Source: Gemmatimonadales bacterium (GTDB lineage Bacteria; Gemmatimonadota; Gemmatimonadetes; Gemmatimonadales; GWC2-71-9). Taken from it: 64,000 nucleotides of DNA. Below are positions 54,644-64,000 of this stretch, in pieces. A model generated the notes under the pieces. The model saw nothing but the letters and a program-made list of their open reading frames with translations. It was not told the origin of the DNA and did not search any database. Position 1 is the stretch's first letter. Each line of letters begins with the position of its first letter. Position numbers and translations under genes: made by a program. The DNA is taken from assembly GCA_038253515.1 (NCBI GenBank), contig JBBSHB010000002.1, positions 824 through 64,823 of the forward strand. Reading direction: 5' to 3'.

Positions 54644-55507
54644 GTGTCCTACAGCCTGACGTTCTGGGGGACACGCGGCTCGATTCCCACTCCTGGTCCC
54701 CAGACCGCGCGATACGGGGGCAACACCGCCTGCATCAGCATCCGGGGCGAGGGCCGCCTGCTGATCCTGGATGCCGGGAGTGGCTTGCGACCCCTCGGCC
54801 ACGAGCTGATGAGCCGGCGCGCTCCTCCGCTTACCGCCGACATCCTGCTCTCACACACCCATTGGGATCACATTCAAGGTCTACCCTTCTTCAAGCCGCT
54901 AAGCGCTCGGGGGAACGCCTTCTGCGTTTACGGTGCCCGGCAGGAGGGGGTGCCGCTGGAGGAGATCCTGCGCCGACAGATGGATCCAATGGTGTTTCCG
55001 GTGCCCCTCGAGGCACTGGCCGCCACCATCCGGGTGAACGACATCGAGGAAGGTGAGTTGTCGCTTGACGGCTTCCGGGTGCGCGCCTTCCGGCTGCGGC
55101 ACCCGGGCACGACCTTCGGCTACCGTCTGGCGCCCACGAGCGGAGGACGGGAGATTGCCTACCTCACGGACAACGAGCTCGGCGCCGGTGGCACCTATCC
55201 GGTCAGCGCGGATTGGCGCGCCCGCCTGGTCGAATTCCTGGCCGGCACGGACACGCTGATCCACGACGCGATGTACGCCGACCAGTTCATCCAGGCGCGC
55301 GCGGGCTGGGGGCACTCGACGCCGCGTCAGGCGGTCGATCTGGCGATCGAGGCCGGATGCGCCAGGCTCGTCCTGTTTCATCACGAGCCCGAACACGACG
55401 ACGACGCCATCGACCGGCTGTTGGCCGACACGCGCACCTACGCCCGTGCGCTCGCCCCGGCGCTGGCGATCGACGCCGCGGCCGAAGGGATGACGATCGC
55501 TCTCTGA
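54644..55507 (+). CDS. MBL-fold metallo-hydrolase
   Basis: Motifs LTFWGTRGSIPTPG and LLSHTHWDHIQGLPFF (HxHxDH) are present. The start is uncertain (GTG 54644 or ATG 54572). Confidence 0.8.
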   Translation: MSYSLTFWGTRGSIPTPGPQTARYGGNTACISIRGEGRLLILDAGSGLRPLGHELMSRRAPPLTADILLSHTHWDHIQGLPFFKPLSARGNAFCVYGARQEGVPLEEILRRQMDPMVFPVPLEALAATIRVNDIEEGELSLDGFRVRAFRLRHPGTTFGYRLAPTSGGREIAYLTDNELGAGGTYPVSADWRARLVEFLAGTDTLIHDAMYADQFIQARAGWGHSTPRQAVDLAIEAGCARLVLFHHEPEHDDDAIDRLLADTRTYARALAPALAIDAAAEGMTIAL

Positions 55508-55518
55508 GAGGAGGATAC

Positions 55519-56223
55519 ATGGGGCGATTCCGCTGGGCCTGGGGTCTCGCGGGGGCGGCGCTCGCCTCGCCGCTGCAGGCGCAGGACGCCCGCGCCGGCC
55601 TGGCCATGTTGCCGTTCGAGAACGCGGGATCGTACGGCCAGGACGAGGAGGTATCCGAGGCGCTGCGGCTGGGGATTCCGGCGATGCTCTCGAGCGCGTT
55701 GGCCGCCCACCCCAGTCTTCGGGTCGCGGACGCCACCCGGGTGAGCCAGGAGCTGGAGGCCAGGCACCTTCGATCCGCCGAGCGCCTCGATGCGGCGACC
55801 GCGGGACAGGTCGGCAAGGCGGTCGGTGCGCGGTACAGCGTGACCGGGAGCTTCGCCGACTTCTACGGCAAGTTCCGCATCAACGCACGGGTGGTCGATG
55901 CGGAGACCGGCGAGATCGTCAAGGTGGTCTCCAACGACGAGGCGAAGCTCCAGGATCGCGCCCGGCTCGGGCTCATCATCCGTGCGATGAGTGAGAAGAT
56001 CGTCGCCGCCGCGGGGCTGCCGCCCTCCCCGTCCGATGCCGCGTCCGGACCGCCCGGCACGCTGCCGACCGAGGCGCTCACCCAGTACAGCCGCGGGCTC
56101 CTGTACGAGAGCCGGGGCGACAAGGGCAAGGCGGCGGATGCGTATCAGCAGGCCCTGAGCGCCTACCCCGAATACCCGGAAGCGCGCGAAGCCCTCCGTC
56201 GCGTTGGGTCCAGGAAGTTCTAG
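55519..56223 (+). CDS. Secreted protein with a CsgG/LpoB-like N-domain and a C-terminal TPR
   Basis: It has a signal peptide, then LAMLPFENAGSYGQDEE..YSVTGSF..RINARVVDAETGEIV. The TPR-like tail reads YQQALSAYPEYPEA. GGAGGA lies upstream of ATG 55519. Confidence 0.6.
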   Translation: MGRFRWAWGLAGAALASPLQAQDARAGLAMLPFENAGSYGQDEEVSEALRLGIPAMLSSALAAHPSLRVADATRVSQELEARHLRSAERLDAATAGQVGKAVGARYSVTGSFADFYGKFRINARVVDAETGEIVKVVSNDEAKLQDRARLGLIIRAMSEKIVAAAGLPPSPSDAASGPPGTLPTEALTQYSRGLLYESRGDKGKAADAYQQALSAYPEYPEAREALRRVGSRKF

Positions 56224-57470
56224 CGGAAGGACCGGAGTGCCGCCGCCACGCCCAGGTGGGCCGGGAGCGCCAGGGCGATGACCGATCCATTCACCTGGTC
56301 GAACCCGGGGAGCAGCTTGACCGCGAGACCCAGGCAGGAGAGCCCTGCCACCGCAGTGGCGACCGCGAAGGCAGCCCGCCCTCGCCCCGGCGCACCCCGT
56401 ACCGCGCCGAAGAGAACCGGCAGCATGAGCAGCGCCAACGGGGACATCTGCAGCAGGTTCTCGTTCCGGTACGCCATGACGTGATCGGTCAGCCCCCAGA
56501 GACCCGCCAGTACCAGTCCCGCGAGACCGGCCAGCACCGCCCACCCTGCCACCACGAAGAGAAATCCCGCGCGCGCCGCGGCGTTGCGCCGCGTGTAGCG
56601 GGAGAGAACCCACGCCAGCGCCCCGACGGTCGCGCCGAGCAGGAGGTACGCCGGCAGCCAGTTGGGCGGAGCGTCCGGTGGGGGCAAGGCCGTCGAGAGG
56701 AAGATGGTTCGCTCGGACTTGACCAGCGGCGTGGGACGGCCGTCAGGCCCGGTGATCGTTACCCGGCGGAGATGCTCGCGCAGCTTGAGCGGCAGGAACA
56801 TCTCCTCCCACGCGCTCAGCGGCCGGTCGACCCCCGGACCCAGCGCGAGCAGGAGACCGGTGTAGATCAGCGGGTCGTTCGCGGTGAGCCGCTGGGTGTG
56901 GAATCGGTAGCTCGCGGCCACCGGGACCGCCGTGGTCGCTCGTCGAATCGCGCCGCCCACCACGCGATCGATGGCGTCTCGCACCCGGGTGGAGCAGTTG
57001 TCGCGGTAGTAGTCGTAATGATAGAAGCGGTGCTCGGGCAGCGCGTTCCAGGTGAGGAACTCCTGCAGCTGGAGTCTGGCGCGGGGCGGGAGGTCGAGCT
57101 CCTGCACCCACACCGAGCGGTTGTCCCGCTGGTACTGCTCGAGATATCGCTCGGCGGGGAATCCGGCCATCCAGTACCACATCTGTCCCCGCACGAAGCG
57201 GAGCACGAAGTTGTGCTGGCGGAAGTCGAACAGGCCGTAGTTGTAGGTGAGGTCGGTCCCCTGCACCGGATCGTGGATCCAGATCGCGTTATGGCCGAAC
57301 CGCTCCCAGACCATCGCCCCGGGTCCCATCGTCATCACGTAGACGGTCAGCGCCGCACCAGGCTCCGCTGGACCGGGGGTCGTCTGGCCCGCGGCAGCGA
57401 CAGGAGCCCCGCCACCAGCGCATAACGCCCAGAGTGCCAGCCGCCCGAGCGTCCGGGAGGCGCGACTCAC
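56220..57470 (-). CDS. DUF4105 (Lnb N-terminal)-domain membrane protein
   Basis: Motifs WERFGHNAIWIHD and YHYDYYRDNCSTRVRD are present, and the C-terminal half has TM helices. Confidence 0.8.
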   Translation of the reverse strand: MSRASRTLGRLALWALCAGGGAPVAAAGQTTPGPAEPGAALTVYVMTMGPGAMVWERFGHNAIWIHDPVQGTDLTYNYGLFDFRQHNFVLRFVRGQMWYWMAGFPAERYLEQYQRDNRSVWVQELDLPPRARLQLQEFLTWNALPEHRFYHYDYYRDNCSTRVRDAIDRVVGGAIRRATTAVPVAASYRFHTQRLTANDPLIYTGLLLALGPGVDRPLSAWEEMFLPLKLREHLRRVTITGPDGRPTPLVKSERTIFLSTALPPPDAPPNWLPAYLLLGATVGALAWVLSRYTRRNAAARAGFLFVVAGWAVLAGLAGLVLAGLWGLTDHVMAYRNENLLQMSPLALLMLPVLFGAVRGAPGRGRAAFAVATAVAGLSCLGLAVKLLPGFDQVNGSVIALALPAHLGVAAALRSFR

Positions 57471-58495
57471 AGTTGAACGTCGCGGCCGTCGTCCGCCGAG
57501 CGGTAGATCGCGTCCAGGATCTTGTGCAGCACCAGGTGCTCGGAGAGGCCCGGCGCCTTGGCCTCACCCGCGATGGCGGCCTCGAAATGGGCCCACTCCG
57601 CTCGATAGGACGCGGTGAAGGCGTTTTCCCGGCTGCCCGATGAGGTCGGCGACACGTCCGCCGGCAGACCGTGGAGCTCCTTCCACACGGTCAGCGGGTT
57701 GATCGCGGCGGTCCCCTTGCTGCCGCGAAGGCCCACGCCGAAGCGCTCGCCCTCGCCCAGGTGGTGCCAGGTGACGTCGACGAAGAGGGACATGCCGCCT
57801 TCGCAGACCACGAAGGCGCTGCCCGACTGCTCCACGGCTCGCCCCGAACCGGCGGTATCGAGGCAGGCGCTCACCCGGATGGGGGTTCGGTTGCCACCGA
57901 GCCACAATCCCAGGTCGAGGATCGAGAGCCCCAGGTCGAGCATCGCACCGCCGCCGGCCTGGTCCCGGCGCTGGCGCCAGCCGAGTTGGGATCGGCCCGG
58001 CCGGAAGACATGCCAACTGCCGCGCACGCTCTCGATGGTCCCCAGCTCGCCGCTCTGGACGAAGCTCCGGACGATCTGCACGTCGGGCCGATAGCGGTGA
58101 TTCATCCCGACCATCACCACCCGATCCCGTTTTTCCGCGGCACGCACGATCCGCTGCACGCTGGCCGCCGTCATGGCGAGCGGCTTCTCGACCAGCACGT
58201 GGAGGTTCGCCGAGAGCGCGGCCAGGATGTGCGACTCGTGCAGGTGGTTCGGGGAGCAGATCACCACCGCATCCAGCGACTCGAACCGCAGCAGCTCTTC
58301 CATGTCGTCGAACGCGTCCTTCACCCCGAACCGGGTCGCCAGGGCGCGCGCCTTCGGCAGGTCGGTATCGCAGATGGCCTGCACCTCGATGGTCTTGAGC
58401 TTCTTGAGCACCGGCAGATGGGCCACCTGGGTGATGGCCCCGCCGCCGATGATCCCGAGTCGGAGCCGCTCGCTGGTCGGCCGGCTGACACTCAT
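57467..58495 (-). CDS. Gfo/Idh/MocA family oxidoreductase
   Basis: Motifs LGIIGGGAITQVAHLPVL and VLVEKPLAMT are present. Confidence 0.9.
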   Translation of the reverse strand: MSVSRPTSERLRLGIIGGGAITQVAHLPVLKKLKTIEVQAICDTDLPKARALATRFGVKDAFDDMEELLRFESLDAVVICSPNHLHESHILAALSANLHVLVEKPLAMTAASVQRIVRAAEKRDRVVMVGMNHRYRPDVQIVRSFVQSGELGTIESVRGSWHVFRPGRSQLGWRQRRDQAGGGAMLDLGLSILDLGLWLGGNRTPIRVSACLDTAGSGRAVEQSGSAFVVCEGGMSLFVDVTWHHLGEGERFGVGLRGSKGTAAINPLTVWKELHGLPADVSPTSSGSRENAFTASYRAEWAHFEAAIAGEAKAPGLSEHLVLHKILDAIYRSADDGRDVQL

Positions 58496-58507
58496 TCCGC
58501 TCTCCCT

Positions 58508-59800
58508 CTAGTAAAGGCGCTCGAGCACGGTGCCGGGATAGTACGCCGCGAGGATCTGCTCGTGGTTCTGGCCGGTGCGGGCGCGACCGACGGCCCCCCA
58601 CTGGCAGAACCCCACACCGTGGCCGGCACCCGCGCCGTCGGCGACCAGCCGGGTGACCCGCGGCCCACCACGCGTCGCCGTGAGCGTGAACGCGTTGCTG
58701 CGGAGAATGTCCCCCGAGGTGGAGCGGAGCACCTGGCGCACGTTGGGACCGTCCACCTGAACCTCGGTGCCGCGCAATCCGATCGCCAGCTGACCGACCC
58801 GGCCGGAGGGGGTCCGGTACGCCACGCGGACATCGGACACGTCGTCCGCGTCTCGGCCGGAGACGCCGACCGTCGGGAGCGTCCGCCGCAGGATCGCGCG
58901 CAGCTCGTCACCGCCCCACGTCTCCCTCCAGCGGTACCGCGGTGAGATGCTGCAGTAGACGGTGCCGTCGGGGGCGGCGTCCGGCACGGAGCGCAGGTAG
59001 GGCCGATCCGCGCCCCGGAACACCTCGGTGCCGTCCGCCGTCCGACCGCCGCAGGTGGAATAGAAGAAGGCGTCGATCGGCTGGCCGTCGTAGGTCAGGA
59101 TCCGTCCGCGCGTCGCCAGCACGGCGTCGGCCCCTTCCGGCGTCTCCCGCTCCGCGCCCCCGTACACCTGATCGGCGACCGTGGCGTAGAGGTCGAATCC
59201 CTGCACCTGCCAGCGGCGGAGATGCCGGAGCGCGTACGTGCGGGACACCACCGCCTGGGCCCGGAGCGCCTCCAGCTCGGCTGGAGCCCGCCGGCCCATC
59301 TCGGTCGACACCACCCCGACGAGATAGGCCTCCATCGGCAGCCGGTTCACCACCGTGAGGCCGGTTCGGTCGCGAAATATCTCGATCACGCCGCGGTAGG
59401 GACGGCCGTTCACCCGGACGAGCGCGCCGGTATCGGCGCCGGCCACGTCGATGATCTCGCTGGCTCTCGAGCCGCCTGCCGGGCCACGCACCGCGACGCC
59501 GCTCCCGGCGGCCACGGCCCGCCAGCTCTCCCCCGCGGACACCGCGGCGAGGTGGGCTCCCGAGGGGTCCGTCACGGAGAGTCCCGCGTCCCCGCTGATC
59601 ACGGTCGTCGCCGCACCCACCACCAGGCCGATGCGGACCAGCGGCTCGGGCGTCCCGGTGGCCGGCTGCTCGGGGGCGGGTGTGCCCGGCTCCGCCGTCG
59701 GCGCACAGCTCCCCATGGGAAGGGCGGCGGCCACGGCAACCAGGAACGCGGCACCCCACCGCCGCCGCCGGTCGGCGGCGTCAGCCGCGGTAGTTGCCAA
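58508..59800 (-). CDS. SpoIID/LytB-domain protein
   Basis: Motifs AQAVVSRTYAL, FYSTCGGRTA and GHGVGFCQWGA are present. Confidence 0.85.
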   Translation of the reverse strand: MATTAADAADRRRRWGAAFLVAVAAALPMGSCAPTAEPGTPAPEQPATGTPEPLVRIGLVVGAATTVISGDAGLSVTDPSGAHLAAVSAGESWRAVAAGSGVAVRGPAGGSRASEIIDVAGADTGALVRVNGRPYRGVIEIFRDRTGLTVVNRLPMEAYLVGVVSTEMGRRAPAELEALRAQAVVSRTYALRHLRRWQVQGFDLYATVADQVYGGAERETPEGADAVLATRGRILTYDGQPIDAFFYSTCGGRTADGTEVFRGADRPYLRSVPDAAPDGTVYCSISPRYRWRETWGGDELRAILRRTLPTVGVSGRDADDVSDVRVAYRTPSGRVGQLAIGLRGTEVQVDGPNVRQVLRSTSGDILRSNAFTLTATRGGPRVTRLVADGAGAGHGVGFCQWGAVGRARTGQNHEQILAAYYPGTVLERLY

Positions 59801-60284
59801 ACTTGAGCTCGATCTCGAAGTCCAGGGCCTTGAGCGCGGCGATCACCGCCTGAAGCTCGTCGCGCGACGGGCTGGTCACCCGGATCTCGTCGCCCTGAAT
59901 GCTCGCCTGAGTCTTCTTGAAGCCTCCGTCCTTCACGGCCTTGACGATCTTCTTGGCGGTGTCCTGGGGAATACCCTGGGTGAGGCTCACCGTGCGGCGG
60001 ACCGACTGCCCGGTCCCGGCCACGATATCGCCCACCTTGAGGTTCTTGATCGGGACCCCCCGCTTGATCATGCGCGACTGCAGCACATCCACCAGCGCGT
60101 CCATCCGGAACTGGTCATCGGCCGCGAGCCGGATCTCCGCTTTGTCCCGGTCGAACTCAATGGTGCAGTGGGTGCCCTTGAAGTCGTAGCGCTGCGCGAT
60201 CTCCTTCAGCGCCTGGTTGACCGCGTTGTCGACCTCTTGAAGGTCGGCACCGGTGGACACGTCGAACGAGGAGTTGCTGGCCAT
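59781..60284 (-). CDS. yajQ: YajQ-family nucleotide-binding protein (UPF0234)
   Basis: The N-terminus reads SSFDVSTGADLQEVDNAVNQALKEIAQRYDFKG. Confidence 0.9.
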   Translation of the reverse strand: MASNSSFDVSTGADLQEVDNAVNQALKEIAQRYDFKGTHCTIEFDRDKAEIRLAADDQFRMDALVDVLQSRMIKRGVPIKNLKVGDIVAGTGQSVRRTVSLTQGIPQDTAKKIVKAVKDGGFKKTQASIQGDEIRVTSPSRDELQAVIAALKALDFEIELKFGNYRG

Positions 60285-60376
60285 AGCGGGAGCGGCGCGG
60301 TCGGTGAGAGGGCGGATGGTGCCGGACGGACGCGGGAAGGATTACCCTGTGGGTGGGGACCAAGCAAGCGCTTCGC

Positions 60377-60405
60377 TTGACACTCGGCCGGGCGTACGGT
60401 AGTCT
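60377..60405 (+). promoter_or_regulatory. Sigma-70-like promoter of the metY operon
   Basis: TTGACA (60377-60382), a 17-nt spacer and TAGTCT (60400-60405) are present. Confidence 0.45.
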
Positions 60406-60411
60406 ACCCTC

Positions 60412-63315
<2,904 letters not shown>

Positions 63316-63319
<4 letters not shown>

Positions 63320-64000
63320 CCGCCGGGCTCACCTCGGAATCGCTCGCCGGCGACCTGGTGCTCGGTGACTTCCGCACCGCGGCGGGGCGCGAGCTCTCCG
63401 GCCTGCGCCTCAGATATCGCGTTCTCGGGAACCCGGAACTGGCGCGGCGGCACGGTTGGATGCTCGTCTTCCATGCCCTGACCGGCAGCGCCGAGGTAGA
63501 AGCCTGGTGGGGGCCCATGGTGGGACCTGGCCGGCCGCTCGACACCATGCGGCATGCGATCGTGTCGGCGAATCTGCTGGGAAGCTGCTACGGATCGACC
63601 GGCCCGCGCGAGTGGTCGGTCGATCACCCGGATCCGTTCCCCGAGCTCACCCCGTCGGATCTCGCCCGCGCGCATATCCCCCTGCTCCGCCATCTCGGAG
63701 TCGAGCGACTGGCGTTGGCCACCGGCGGCTCGCTGGGCGGCATGGTGGCGATGGAATGGGGGCGACACTCCAGCGTCCCGGTGGATCGGCTCGTCGTCTT
63801 CGCCGCACCGGCCGCCACCTCGGCCCAGGCGATCGCATGGAACGCGGTGCAGCGCATGGCCATCGAGGCCGACCCCGGATGGCGAAGCGGTCGCTACCCG
63901 CCGGGAGAGGGCCCGGTGACGGGTCTGGCCGCCGCCCGGGCCCTCGCGATGATCACCTACCGCAGCGCCGTCGAGTTCGACGCGCGCTTCGGGCGGAGCG
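63316..64000 (+). CDS. metX: Homoserine O-acetyltransferase (partial; runs off the right edge)
   Basis: The frame is open from GTG 63316 to the end of the window, so it is absent from the ORF track. Motifs LVFHALTGSAEV and the nucleophile elbow TGGSLGGMVAMEW are present. Confidence 0.9.

Noticed and set aside
54548-55507. MBL-fold protein as a cyclic-nucleotide phosphodiesterase partner of the adjacent Crp-family regulator
   Set aside because: Adjacency is the only evidence. The HxHxDH motif is generic to the MBL fold and nothing indicates specificity.

Overview
High-GC bacterial chromosomal window, about 68-70% GC by eye. The gene content loosely suggests a Gemmatimonadota-like lineage, which is a low-confidence inference. 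Most of it is housekeeping: rsmI-trxA-pdxJ-ispE, prs-rplY-pth-ychF-rpsF-rpsR-rplI, rsfS, smc, a DAHP synthase, tmk-prmC-prfA-rpmE and metY-ask-metX.

Three accessory patches stand out.
(1) 1-3.8 kb is the right end of an integrated element. It carries a tyrosine integrase, a 1.1 kb mostly non-coding gap with a dense array of 8-bp iterons, and a Prim-Pol/PriCT-2/P-loop replicase. The replicase ORF runs off the left edge, so it is missing from the ORF track.
(2) 14.4-28.4 kb is a secreted-protein and accessory region around a tRNA-Gln(UUG). It holds two intact copper-radical-oxidase-like paralogs, a degraded third copy, a PQQ dehydrogenase and two tandem PKD lipoproteins. It also holds a visibly lower-GC glycan cluster: flippase-like protein, GT2, sulfotransferase and GT4.
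(3) A long structured leader with an intrinsic terminator precedes metY, which makes it a candidate riboswitch.

I found no rRNA, no CRISPR array and no recognisable defence system. The most novel-looking signal is the iteron array with the replicase and integrase module at the left edge. All family assignments come from reading motifs by eye, with no searches run.
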